Shown: positions 49,784 through 59,853 of the stretch, piece by piece | Numbering within the stretch: position 1 is the first letter of the stretch | How the letters are laid out: the number at the start of each line of letters is the position of its first letter | Translations under genes and position numbers: made by a program | Source of the DNA: a bacterium | GTDB taxonomy: Bacteria > Bacillota_I > Bacilli_A > RF39 > UBA660 | DNA: 64,000 nt | Reading direction: 5' to 3' | Assembly: GCA_019423565.1 (NCBI GenBank) | Contig: JAHZBE010000001.1 | Location: 65,134 to 129,133, forward strand | The notes under the pieces: generated by a model | Told to the model about the DNA's origin: nothing | Databases searched by the model: none | What the model saw: the letters and a program-made list of their open reading frames with translations, nothing else

Positions 49784-50464
49784 TTAAATATCACCATTTT
49801 CAAAAAAACTATAATAGTTATTTCCAACAATAATATGATCAACAACTGCGATTCCTTGCATTTTACCTATTTCTACTAAATTTTTAGTAAGAAACATATC
49901 TTCTTTCGATGGAATAGTATCACCACTTGGGTGATTATGGACACATATTATTGATGAAGCACTTAAAAGATATGCATGTTTAAATATTTCCCTTGGATGA
50001 ACTATACTTCTATTTAATGTTCCTATAAAAAGCAATTTTTTATCAATTAAATTCTTTTTTGAATCTAAATATAATGCATAAAAATGTTCTTGTTCTAATC
50101 CTTCTACTTCACCTTTTATATATTCATATATTTTATCAGGTGAATCCATTTTTATATTGTGCGTATTATTCATATAATATACTCTTTTACCAAGTTCTAT
50201 TGCCGCTAAAATTTTAATTGCTTTTGCTTCTCCAATACCATTTATTTTTTTTAAATTATTTAAAGTCATATTTTTTAAATCAGATATATCATTCATTTTA
50301 CTTAATATTGAATTTGATAATTCTTTTACTGATTTATTTTTTACTCCCGTATTAAGTATTATGCTTAATAGTTCTTCATTTGATACATTTTCCTTTCCGT
50401 ATAATTTAAACCTTTCTCTTGGTCTTTCTTTTATTGGAATATCTTTTATTAAAGTATTATCCAT
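49784..50464 (-). CDS. radC: RadC-family (JAMM/MPN) protein
   Basis: 'HNHPSGDTIPSKEDMFLTKNL' and the HhH segment 'INGIGEAKAIKILAAIELGKR'. Confidence 0.9.
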   Translation of the reverse strand: MDNTLIKDIPIKERPRERFKLYGKENVSNEELLSIILNTGVKNKSVKELSNSILSKMNDISDLKNMTLNNLKKINGIGEAKAIKILAAIELGKRVYYMNNTHNIKMDSPDKIYEYIKGEVEGLEQEHFYALYLDSKKNLIDKKLLFIGTLNRSIVHPREIFKHAYLLSASSIICVHNHPSGDTIPSKEDMFLTKNLVEIGKMQGIAVVDHIIVGNNYYSFFENGDI

Positions 50465-50927
50465 TTTGTAATATCAACTCCTCATATTTAGAGAGTACTT
50501 GTTTTTGTGCATTAAAAATAGTCGTCTTATCATCTGTATCTTTTATTAAGTTATCATATTGATCAAGTAATGTGATAAATTCACTATTATCTATATTTAC
50601 TCTCTTCATATATATATTCTCCGTTATCTTATAAGAATCCACTATTTTTTCTTTTAAATTTTCATTTTTTGTTATTCCAATAATTGCATGATATCCATCA
50701 TTATCTTTAAAATAAAAATAATTTTTTAAGTTTTTTGTATTATTTATCATATTTTCTTCTGAACTATATACACCATATTGAAGCATATATACATTTTCAT
50801 TTTTATATTTAAATACATCTTTTGTTTCTGTTTTATTATATGAATCATATACATATTTTCCAATTGTTATTCCTGTTATTACCGCAATTATAAAATATAC
50901 TATTTTCTTTTTATCCATTTCACTCAC
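50457..50927 (-). CDS. membrane-anchored protein, possible SPOR-like domain
   Basis: N-terminal TM. 'YMLQYGVYSSEENMINNTKNL...GYHAIIGI' is loosely SPOR-like. Confidence 0.4.
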   Translation of the reverse strand: MSEMDKKKIVYFIIAVITGITIGKYVYDSYNKTETKDVFKYKNENVYMLQYGVYSSEENMINNTKNLKNYFYFKDNDGYHAIIGITKNENLKEKIVDSYKITENIYMKRVNIDNSEFITLLDQYDNLIKDTDDKTTIFNAQKQVLSKYEELILQNG

Positions 50928-50992
50928 CCTTAAATCCTATCATTCATATATTAATACATTTATTTTAAATTTTTTGTCGAAAAAAAAGAAAG

Positions 50993-52696
50993 TTAAATAC
51001 TTTCTTCGTCTATAATATCTTGAACTGTATAAAGAACGTCAAATATTGATATTTCTTTTATTTCATCGCTATCTCTTTTCTTTAGTTCAACAATATGTTC
51101 ATCAATTTTATTTCCGATTGTGATTCTAATTGGAATACCAATTAAATCCATATCATTAAATTTAACTCCCGCTCTTTCTTTTCTATCATCTAGTAAAACA
51201 TCTATATTTGATTTTTTAAATGTTTGATATAAATGGTTACCAGCTTCTACTTGTTTTTCATTTTCCATATTTACAATTATTATTGCTACTTTATATGGTG
51301 CGATACTCATAGGCCATATTATACCTTTTTCGTCATTTTTTTGTTCAACAACTGCAGACATACATCTACATATTCCTATGCCATAACAACCCATAACTAC
51401 AGGTTTTAATGTATTATCTTTATCTTTAAAATTAAGATTTAAACATTCAGAATACTTAGTTCCAAGTTTAAATGTATTCCCTATTTCAATACCTTTTTTA
51501 AATTTTAATGGATTACCACAATTAGGACACATATCTCCTTCTTTTACATTTCTAATATCAGAAACATAATCGTGATTAAAGTCTTCTATATTAACATTTT
51601 TATAGTGATATCCTTTTTTATTTGCTCCTACTATAAAATTAACCATCATCATTACTTCATTATCAACTATTATAGGTATTCCAAGTCCTATTGGACCAAT
51701 ATTACCTATTTCACATCTAGCAAGTTTTTTTACTTCTTTTGGGTCTGCTAAATGCATTTCTTTAGCATTTAGTAAGTTTAATACTTTATCTTCATTAACA
51801 AATGCATCACCTTTTAATACTAAAGCATAAAATTTATTATCTATTTTATATATTAGTGTTTTTACAAGTTTAAATGGTGCTTCATTTAAGTATTCACTTA
51901 CTTCTTCTATAGTTTTAGCGTCACCAGTTTCTATTAAATCCTTTTCTAATTTTTTCTCTGATGATTCTTTTTCTTTTGTTATTGACTCACATATTTCTAA
52001 ATTTGATGAAAAATCACAATTATCACAGAAAACAAGTGTATCTTCACCAATATCAGATAATGCTTGGAACTCTTCTGATAATATTCCTCCCATTGAACCT
52101 GTACTTGCTTTTACAACTCTATAATTAATTCCTATTCTTGTAAATATCTTTTTATATGCATTATACATATTTGAATATGATACATTTAATCCATTCTCAT
52201 CTTTATCAAAAGAATATGCATCTTTCATTAAAAATTCTCTTACTCTAATAAGACCATATCTTGGTCTTGCTTCATCCCTAAATTTATTTTGAATTTGATA
52301 AATACTAAATGGTAAATCTTTAAATGATTGTACTTTATTTTTAGCCGCTATTGTAAACAATTCTTCATGTGTTGGACCCAATACATAATTTTTATCATAT
52401 CTATCTTTAAGCTTAAACATAGCGTCACCAAATGATGATAATCTATTTGATTCAGCATATACATCTTCACTAATTAATGAAGGCATAAGTACTTCTTCAG
52501 CATTTATTTTATTCATTTCTTCTCTAACTATTTTTTCAATATTATTAAGTACTTTAAGTCCAAGTGGTAAATACATGTAAATACCTGATGATGTTTTTTT
52601 AATCATTCCAGATCTTACTAATAAATTACCACTTACGCTATCTTCATCTTTAATATTTTCTCTGATAGTATAAAAGAAACTATTTTTTAATTTCAT
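50993..52696 (-). CDS. proS: proline--tRNA ligase (bacterial type with editing domain)
   Basis: 'LGPTHEELFT', 'QIQNKFRDEARPRYGLIRVREFLMKDAYSF', 'GCYGIGI'. Confidence 0.95.
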   Translation of the reverse strand: MKLKNSFFYTIRENIKDEDSVSGNLLVRSGMIKKTSSGIYMYLPLGLKVLNNIEKIVREEMNKINAEEVLMPSLISEDVYAESNRLSSFGDAMFKLKDRYDKNYVLGPTHEELFTIAAKNKVQSFKDLPFSIYQIQNKFRDEARPRYGLIRVREFLMKDAYSFDKDENGLNVSYSNMYNAYKKIFTRIGINYRVVKASTGSMGGILSEEFQALSDIGEDTLVFCDNCDFSSNLEICESITKEKESSEKKLEKDLIETGDAKTIEEVSEYLNEAPFKLVKTLIYKIDNKFYALVLKGDAFVNEDKVLNLLNAKEMHLADPKEVKKLARCEIGNIGPIGLGIPIIVDNEVMMMVNFIVGANKKGYHYKNVNIEDFNHDYVSDIRNVKEGDMCPNCGNPLKFKKGIEIGNTFKLGTKYSECLNLNFKDKDNTLKPVVMGCYGIGICRCMSAVVEQKNDEKGIIWPMSIAPYKVAIIIVNMENEKQVEAGNHLYQTFKKSNIDVLLDDRKERAGVKFNDMDLIGIPIRITIGNKIDEHIVELKKRDSDEIKEISIFDVLYTVQDIIDEESI

Positions 52697-52767
52697 ATTT
52701 AGTCACTTCCTAAAATCAATTAAATTATACCAAAAATTAACCTATTATACAATGAAAAAAAGAAGAA

Positions 52768-55107
52768 TTAATTTTTATTCTTCTTAGTTTCTTTATAGAA
52801 TACATATGATATAAGTGCTATACCAAATCCTAGTATAATAAATACTAAAGCAAGATTATCAAATATTCTAAATAAATTTACAATCATTGATATTACAAAA
52901 GTTATTATTCCAAATACTATAAGTGGATTTGATTTTTTTACAAGTCCATATATTAAAGTTACAATAGAAATTATTAAACTAAATGTTAATGCTTCAGTTA
53001 AAGAATATATAAATATCATTGCTAAAATAGTTAATTCTAATACTTCTTTATCTGATTTTTTACTTAGTTTTATAACATAATCACATATAATAAATGTAAA
53101 TATAATTAGTATTGAAAGTATTAACTCTGTTTGAATACTTTCAAATATATCAACATTTTGTACTAAATTGATATACGGAAGTATTATAACTGGTGTATAA
53201 CAAGTTATTTTTCTATCTGTATCTATTTCAAGCAAGTACATAGAAATTATAATTATAATGTATGACACTAATATAAATATATTCGCAATTACTATTTTTT
53301 CTATATAACAATTAAATAGTTTATAAATTAGTATAAATCCAAGTAATGTATATATGTATTTAAATATGAATCTTAATTTTCCTTCTTTATTATACATATA
53401 AAATACTAATGAATATATAAGAACATTTGCAATTACTGCGTACATACTATAATTTTTAATATCAAATAATGTAAGAATTATAAGCATAGAAAATAATATA
53501 TATTTTAAAACACTTTTAAATGTTATTTTTATTTTATCAGAAAACATATAGATTAACGCTATTATACCCGTTACAAAAAGTAATACATAATATAATTTAA
53601 TGTTTAATCTTATAGAACACAAGAATAAATTACAAATTGTAAGAATAAGCATTACTATATTTTCTGATTTAATATTTTTATTAATTAATACATATATGAA
53701 ATAATATATCCATAATAGTTCATTTAATAAAAATGCAGTTAATGAGTTTCCATTAAAAATAATTACAATACTTGATACACTTAAGAATATAAATGCAAAT
53801 GCTTCAAATATACTATTTATAACAGTTCCTTTTTCATTTTTATTTATAAATGTATTAACTAAGAAACAAAGTATGCTTGCAACTAATAAAATTAGTTCTA
53901 GTTTTGCATCTATAAATACCTCAAATATATTATATATTAATATAAACATTGTTATTGGAAGTAATAATTCTGATATTGTTTTTTTAATTTTTTCATCATT
54001 AAATTTTATAGTAAATATTTGAATTACTCCTATAATTAAAGTCATTATAATCGCAACTTCAGGTCTTATACTATAACAAAAAACATTAAGGTAAGATAAA
54101 ATCATTGTAAGAATATAAGACATTACTGAAATACTTTTATCACTAATAATTGTAAGTATAAAATATAATAAAGCAAGTGATAAAATTGTAATAAATAATT
54201 CTATACTAATACTACTTGTAAATAGATTAATTGTATCTGGTACTAAACCTAAAGTTAATACATAAATCAAAATTACAAATATACAATTTAATGGACTATT
54301 TTTTTCGGTTTTAATAATTATAAAAAGTGATATCAATTCAAATACAAATGGTATTATAGAATTTATAACTGAATCTGAATAAATAACAGAATAAGTTAAT
54401 GTAATAGGAACAAATATTAAAGGTATTATTGACATAAATGTTCTTATTTGTTTATTCTTTACAAAAATATTTATGATTATTATTATCAAATTAAACAAAC
54501 ATAATACAGGTAATATTAAGCTTTCACTATATATTTTATCCATCTTAAATAAATATAATAATGATATAACCATTAAATATAAAAATACATGTCCAAAAAA
54601 CAAGAATGTTTTTGATTTCATAAATTTACTACTTAAATAATAGATTAATGCACATAATGCACTTGATAATGCTAAATATACATATATTCCGCTACCTTTG
54701 TATGATAAATAATTACCAAGTAATTCCTTTTCTCCTATAAAATTTAATATTACTATTATAAATATAGTTCCAAGAAACCACATTGTTTTATGTGCACCAT
54801 CATTTTTAAGTTTTTTAAATGCAAAGGATGATGCGAAAAATATTAATGCTTCGATACTTAAAAATATAACTTTAAATATATCATTCATATTTTCCCAATT
54901 TGTAAATGCAAAAATAATGCTTGATATAATTACTAGAAATGTACCTAACCATAATAATAATTTTTCATTAGCTTGCTCTTTCTTCTCTTTTTCAATCTTT
55001 TTAATTTTTTCTAATTCTTTTTTTGTTGGTTTACCACAATTTGTACAGAAATTACTATTTTCTCTTAATTCATTTCCGCAGTTTGTACAATATTTCACTT
55101 TATTCAC
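52768..55107 (-). CDS. large polytopic membrane protein with an N-terminal zinc ribbon
   Basis: 'YCTNCGNELRENSNFCTNCGKP' is followed by more than 20 hydrophobic helices. Confidence 0.65.
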   Translation of the reverse strand: MNKVKYCTNCGNELRENSNFCTNCGKPTKKELEKIKKIEKEKKEQANEKLLLWLGTFLVIISSIIFAFTNWENMNDIFKVIFLSIEALIFFASSFAFKKLKNDGAHKTMWFLGTIFIIVILNFIGEKELLGNYLSYKGSGIYVYLALSSALCALIYYLSSKFMKSKTFLFFGHVFLYLMVISLLYLFKMDKIYSESLILPVLCLFNLIIIIINIFVKNKQIRTFMSIIPLIFVPITLTYSVIYSDSVINSIIPFVFELISLFIIIKTEKNSPLNCIFVILIYVLTLGLVPDTINLFTSSISIELFITILSLALLYFILTIISDKSISVMSYILTMILSYLNVFCYSIRPEVAIIMTLIIGVIQIFTIKFNDEKIKKTISELLLPITMFILIYNIFEVFIDAKLELILLVASILCFLVNTFINKNEKGTVINSIFEAFAFIFLSVSSIVIIFNGNSLTAFLLNELLWIYYFIYVLINKNIKSENIVMLILTICNLFLCSIRLNIKLYYVLLFVTGIIALIYMFSDKIKITFKSVLKYILFSMLIILTLFDIKNYSMYAVIANVLIYSLVFYMYNKEGKLRFIFKYIYTLLGFILIYKLFNCYIEKIVIANIFILVSYIIIIISMYLLEIDTDRKITCYTPVIILPYINLVQNVDIFESIQTELILSILIIFTFIICDYVIKLSKKSDKEVLELTILAMIFIYSLTEALTFSLIISIVTLIYGLVKKSNPLIVFGIITFVISMIVNLFRIFDNLALVFIILGFGIALISYVFYKETKKNKN

Positions 55108-55257
55108 CTTCTATTCAATTAAATTATACACTATTTTTAGAAAAAATAAAAGATACAATAAAAACTTAGAAATATTTTGAAATGCACCCTTTAGGGTAGA
55201 CATTTATAAAAAAACTTAGGTATGATAGAATACACTTCCGAAAGGAGGTGTTTTCTT

Positions 55258-55557
55258 ATGGCTTCAAAAGGACAAAAATTTAAAAATTATGACAATAGTG
55301 CAAATATTAAGGTGGTTATATTAGAAGAATATAAATTAAAGAGAAATATTAAAGAATTAGCGGAAAGATATAATATTCCAGAAGGTACTATTAAAACTTG
55401 GACATCAAAATTAAATCATCCAGAATTGTATCTGAGTCATGGTCAAAAGCGTGGTAGACCCAAAGAAAAAGATTTAACAAAAGAAGACTACAAAGAAAGA
55501 TATGAAATATTAAAAAAATACCAGGCCTTCCTCAAGGCACAACGAGAGAAAAAGTAA
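55258..55557 (+). CDS. IS3-family transposase OrfA (HTH)
   Basis: ATG at 55258 follows AAAGGAGGTG. HTH 'IKELAERYNIPEGTIKTWTSK' plus a leucine-zipper-like tail. Confidence 0.8.
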   Translation: MASKGQKFKNYDNSANIKVVILEEYKLKRNIKELAERYNIPEGTIKTWTSKLNHPELYLSHGQKRGRPKEKDLTKEDYKERYEILKKYQAFLKAQREKK

Positions 55558-55598
55558 CTTTTATAAATCTTTATAGAGATAATTATAAGTTATATAAT

Positions 55599-56375
55599 AT
55601 GTGTGCTGTACTTAATATAAGTCCTAAAACTTATTATAAGTATAGAAATAAGGAAGATTCTGATTATTATGATTATTTAGTAATTAAAGAGATATTTGAT
55701 GATTCTAAAGGCACATATGGTTATCGTAGAATTGTGGAAGGCCTAAAAATCAAATATGGAGTTGTAATGAATGGAAAGAAGGTTTTAAGAATAATGAAAA
55801 AATATAATTTAATGGCTGAATATATTAGAAAGTCAAAAAAGAAAAATAAAAATGAAAGAATTGAAGATAATGTTAAACCAAATTTATTAAATAGAAATTT
55901 TATTACTGATGCACCAAATAAGGTATGGGATACAGATGTAACTTATCTTATATTCAAAGGTTCTAGAGCTTATCTATCAACGATAATTGATCTATATGAT
56001 AGAAAAGTTGTTGCTTATAAAATATCAAAACGTAATGATAATAAATTAGTAATGGATACATTAAATGAAGCAATATTCAAAAGAAAAGATGTATCTGGAC
56101 TTATCATTCACAGTGATCAAGGTTTCCAGTATACATCTTACGAATACAAAGCTATCTGTGAGTCAAATGGTATTACAATTTCAATGGCCCGAAAAGGTAC
56201 TCCAATTGACGATTCTCCAATCGAGAGTTGGCACTCACTTTTGAAGAAAGAAACTTTGTATAACAATAATATCACATCTTTAGAAGAATATATACAATTA
56301 GTTGAAGAATGGATTGAATTTTATAATACGACTAGAATTAAAGGAAAGAAAATTAAGAAGGAAAATGATAAATAA
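55599..56375 (+). CDS. IS3-family transposase OrfB (DDE/rve core), normally made as an OrfAB -1 frameshift fusion
   Basis: 'WDTDVTYL', 'HSDQGFQYTS' and 'ESWHSLLKKE' form the DDE triad context. The -1 frame is open from 55506. Confidence 0.85.
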   Translation: MCAVLNISPKTYYKYRNKEDSDYYDYLVIKEIFDDSKGTYGYRRIVEGLKIKYGVVMNGKKVLRIMKKYNLMAEYIRKSKKKNKNERIEDNVKPNLLNRNFITDAPNKVWDTDVTYLIFKGSRAYLSTIIDLYDRKVVAYKISKRNDNKLVMDTLNEAIFKRKDVSGLIIHSDQGFQYTSYEYKAICESNGITISMARKGTPIDDSPIESWHSLLKKETLYNNNITSLEEYIQLVEEWIEFYNTTRIKGKKIKKENDK

Positions 56376-56841
56376 AGATGAATTAATATATAAATTAGAA
56401 ATTATACAATAGATTATGTCCAAACACGGGAGAGCCAGACTCTGGCATTATTGAATATGCAGAAAATGTTTAATATTTAGTTAATTTATTAATAGATAAC
56501 AAATAAAGACAAGCTTTATTTGAATAAATATTATAATTACATAATTAAAAAATCAAGGGTCTAGATGAACTCACTTCGTTCGCCCTTGATTTTTTTACAT
56601 AAGTTTTTTATTTGATGTCTACTAAATGGGGTTCACATCAATTAATAAGGTTTTTAATTACTATATGGAGCAATAGTTGAGTGATTACACAACTTTTTCT
56701 CACTTCTTGAGGATGATATATAAATCATCAATCTAATTTAATTATAGCATATTTTTTTATATGGATCCAGTAAAATCATAAAAAAATTAAATTATATGTT
56801 ATAATAGATATGAGAAATAATTTTGTGATTGGAGGTGCAAT

Positions 56842-57771
56842 ATGAAGTTAGAAGAAGTATTTAATGATGAATCATTATATTCAAAAAAAGAATTTAAATT
56901 ATTTACTCTAAAAAATGGAAAATACGATTATGATGAAGAAAAAGCATTAGAAATGATAGATTATCTTGGATTGAAAGCAAAAAAAATAATAACAACTTGT
57001 AATAAGTGTAAGAAGGAATTTCCATTCGATATAAAAACAAGATGTATAGGATTTTCAAATGATATTAATCAAACAACAAATTATATGATAGTTACAGAAA
57101 ACTTTCAAAATGCCTTTAGTGGACGTATTGATATAAAAGATGGAAATTTAATTGGAGGTATGCCACCTTATCCTAAGGATAAATTATTAAAATATAATAA
57201 ATGGTATATTGAATATGAATTTTCTTGTAATAATGAACCAATCCACAAATATTTAATGGTTTTATCAATTGAACAAAAACTAGATACATTTATCATAAAG
57301 AAAATTGGACAGGATCCTTCAATGCTTGATGTTCATGGATATGATTTTGATAAATATAAAAAGCAATTAGAAAAAATTAATGCTTATAATGATTATAAAA
57401 AAGCAAATTTATCGAGAGCTGATCAATTTTACGTCGGAGCATATGCATATTTAAGAAGAATTTTTGAAAAAATGCTTAATAGATATTTAAAAGAATATAA
57501 TATTAAAACTACCGATGATCATGTAGAAACCAAAATAAAATCAGTTAAAGAATATTTTGATCCAAGAATAAAAGATATGTTGAAAAATTTATATGGGATT
57601 TTAAGTAAAAGTATTCATGAATTAGATGAGGATCAGAGCAAAACTTATTATGATTATCTCAAGGCAGTAATTGAAATTCAATTAGAGTATGAGTATACTG
57701 AAGCTGAAAAAGAAAAACAAACTAAAGAACTTAATTCAGTCTTAAATAAAATAGCTAATGATATAAAATAA
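56842..57771 (+). CDS. hypothetical protein with a Zn-ribbon-like N-terminal half and a DUF4145-like C-terminal half
   Basis: 'TCNKCKKEF ... SCNNEPIHKY'. The C-terminal 'FYVGAYAYLRRIFEKMLNRYL...LKNLYGILSKSIHE' resembles DUF4145. TGTTATAAT at 56797-805. It lies 15 nt upstream of the nuclease gene. Confidence 0.5.
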   Translation: MKLEEVFNDESLYSKKEFKLFTLKNGKYDYDEEKALEMIDYLGLKAKKIITTCNKCKKEFPFDIKTRCIGFSNDINQTTNYMIVTENFQNAFSGRIDIKDGNLIGGMPPYPKDKLLKYNKWYIEYEFSCNNEPIHKYLMVLSIEQKLDTFIIKKIGQDPSMLDVHGYDFDKYKKQLEKINAYNDYKKANLSRADQFYVGAYAYLRRIFEKMLNRYLKEYNIKTTDDHVETKIKSVKEYFDPRIKDMLKNLYGILSKSIHELDEDQSKTYYDYLKAVIEIQLEYEYTEAEKEKQTKELNSVLNKIANDIK

Positions 57772-57786
57772 AGAGGAAGTGATTAG

Positions 57787-58470
57787 ATGATTGAAATAAA
57801 TGTTAATGCTAATGAACTATATGATATGTTACTTGCTGATGGTATAATAGGAGCAAATGGAATGATTAAATTTAAACTCGCTTCAACTGAAACAATTATT
57901 AGAACTAGAGATACTATAGGGAATTCTCTGCAATCATGGTTAGGACAATGGTTGAAAGATAATAATATTTTCTATTTTGAGCCAGATAACACCCAAGAGT
58001 TTCCAGACTTCTATTTAAATTTTGAACATCCAAACGAAAATATGCTTGAATTAAAAACATTCAACGCCGATGCGACACCTGCTTTTGATATCGCTAATTT
58101 TGAATCTTATTGTCAGTCTTTGAGAACAAAACCTTATAGATTATTTGCAGACTATTTAATAATTGCCTATCAATTAGATATTGAATCTGGAATAATTACT
58201 ATTAAAAATATTTGGTTAAAAAAAATTTGGGAAATTACAGGAACATCAAATAGATTTGCATTAAGAACTCAAGTTAAACGTGGTATGATATATAATATTA
58301 GACCAATTATTTGGTATAACAATAGTGGCTTTAAGAATAAATATGAATTTGTTAATGCAATATATCTAACTTTAAAAGAATATAAAGGAAATGAGTTTGC
58401 TGATGATTGGTTAAGCGAAGTTAAAAATAGTTATAGAGAATATTACGGTAAAGAAATAGACACTGATTAA
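57787..58470 (+). CDS. putative type II restriction endonuclease (PD-(D/E)XK fold)
   Basis: 'EFPDFYL...x12...MLELKTF' gives a PD...ExK arrangement. Convergent with, and overlapping by 4 nt, a C5-methyltransferase gene. Confidence 0.6.
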   Translation: MIEINVNANELYDMLLADGIIGANGMIKFKLASTETIIRTRDTIGNSLQSWLGQWLKDNNIFYFEPDNTQEFPDFYLNFEHPNENMLELKTFNADATPAFDIANFESYCQSLRTKPYRLFADYLIIAYQLDIESGIITIKNIWLKKIWEITGTSNRFALRTQVKRGMIYNIRPIIWYNNSGFKNKYEFVNAIYLTLKEYKGNEFADDWLSEVKNSYREYYGKEIDTD

Positions 58471-59801
58471 TCAGTGCCTTTTTTATCATATTCTCTAGCA
58501 ACTCTAGAAATTACCTCTTTCATTACAGATATTACAACAGTATTTCCTAATAAATCAAATGCTTCTGTTTTTCCTTTTTTTGTATCACTAAACATATCTA
58601 ATGAATAGCTATCAGGATATCCAAATAATCTTAATCCTTCTCGTATAGTTAATGAACGAATTCCACCATTGTCAATTACGCCCATTTTAGCAACATCCAT
58701 TGCAACTAACGTAGGAGTAACATTGTTTATATCAATTATTTTAGAAAATTCATAGCTTAATTTTCCGCTAACAATATTATATCCTTTTTCTTTTGTAGTA
58801 TCATATTCTCGTTTTCTTATAATATGACCCGTCTCATTAAATTCTTCTATTATTTTTTTAGGATACTCATATGCTAAGTATTTTTTGCTTACTAAATCAG
58901 CTAGCATAGATTTCAAATTATCATTATCATAAAAAGATGATATCTGTTGAATTGTTAATGGCATACCATCCATCCAATCAATACCAATTTCTTCAGCCCA
59001 TTTCTTTTTTCTGCGTTCCAGTAAAAGTTTGTTTAATAAATTTATTTCATCTTTTGTAATTTTTCCTTTTAATCCTAATTCCCAACTGTGAATATTATTT
59101 TTTCCACCGCGTTTATCTTTTATTGATTTTCCATATAATTCTTCTGGTTTATAATGGCTTAATAACGCTTTGCTAAATTTAGAATTATTTGTAGGTTGGT
59201 TGTGTTCCATAATATCTTTAAATACTTTATTCTTTACATCAAAATTATCTAAATTTATTTTTTTATCTAAAGTTCCAACAATATAAACTCTTTTTCTTGA
59301 TTGCGCTACACCAAAATATTGCGAATCTAATAATTTCCAATTAACTTTGTATCCCAACTCTTTTAATATTTTTAGAATTGTAGAAAAAGTTTGACCTATT
59401 TCATCATTTTTATTTTTTAAGTCATGTTTAATTAAACCTTCTACATTTTCAAGAATAAACCCATATGGTTTTTTTTCTTTTAGGATTCTTGCTATTTCAA
59501 AAAACATTGTTCCTCTAGTATCAGCAAATCCTAAACCTTTACCAGCAGAACTAAATGATTGGCAAGGAAATCCGCCTAACAAAAAGTCAAAATTTTCAAT
59601 TTCTTTTTCATTTATTTTACAAATATCACCAACTAGATTTTTATGTTTAAAATTCGCTTTCAGTGCCTTAAGTGCACTAGGTTTAATTTCGGAAGTTAAA
59701 ACACATTCTGTTTCATAACCTAGTTCTTTAAACGCTTGTTCAAATGATAAACGAATTCCTCCTAAACCAGCAAACAAATCAATAAACTTTACTTTTTTCA
59801 T
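58467..59801 (-). CDS. DNA (cytosine-5)-methyltransferase
   Basis: Motifs I 'FIDLFAGLGG', IV 'GFPCQSFS', VI 'ILENVEGL', VIII 'QSRKRVYIVG' and X 'GNTVVISV'. Start moved to MKKVKF (AGGAGG RBS). Confidence 0.95.
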   Translation of the reverse strand: MKKVKFIDLFAGLGGIRLSFEQAFKELGYETECVLTSEIKPSALKALKANFKHKNLVGDICKINEKEIENFDFLLGGFPCQSFSSAGKGLGFADTRGTMFFEIARILKEKKPYGFILENVEGLIKHDLKNKNDEIGQTFSTILKILKELGYKVNWKLLDSQYFGVAQSRKRVYIVGTLDKKINLDNFDVKNKVFKDIMEHNQPTNNSKFSKALLSHYKPEELYGKSIKDKRGGKNNIHSWELGLKGKITKDEINLLNKLLLERRKKKWAEEIGIDWMDGMPLTIQQISSFYDNDNLKSMLADLVSKKYLAYEYPKKIIEEFNETGHIIRKREYDTTKEKGYNIVSGKLSYEFSKIIDINNVTPTLVAMDVAKMGVIDNGGIRSLTIREGLRLFGYPDSYSLDMFSDTKKGKTEAFDLLGNTVVISVMKEVISRVAREYDKKGTD

Positions 59802-59853
59802 TTTTAACCTCCTAAATCTCACTAAGAATATTATAGCATATAAAATAATAATT

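Larger units (their letters stand above)
55178..56640 (+). mobile_element. IS3-family insertion sequence (~1.46 kb)
   Basis: Imperfect terminal inverted repeats TGAAATGCACCCTTTAGGGTAGACAT (55178-) and ATGTCTACTAAATGGGGTTCACATCA (-56640). orfA and orfB are in a 0/-1 frame arrangement with A-rich slippery runs (55512-19; 55549-54). Confidence 0.75.

Noticed and set aside
49768-49845. Tracked N-terminal extension of mreC overlapping radC. Similar upstream extensions appear in the track for cysE, rarA, the MTase, MobV-1, OrfA and the 35001 ORF.
   Set aside because: In each case an internal ATG preceded by a good Shine-Dalgarno sequence matches the family N-terminus, and the extensions are hydrophobic or low-complexity read-through.
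55174-56644. Target-site duplication flanking the IS3 element.
   Set aside because: The flanks (..ATTT | IS | ATTA..) do not give an unambiguous 3-4-bp direct repeat. The end positions may be off by a few nt, so no claim is made.
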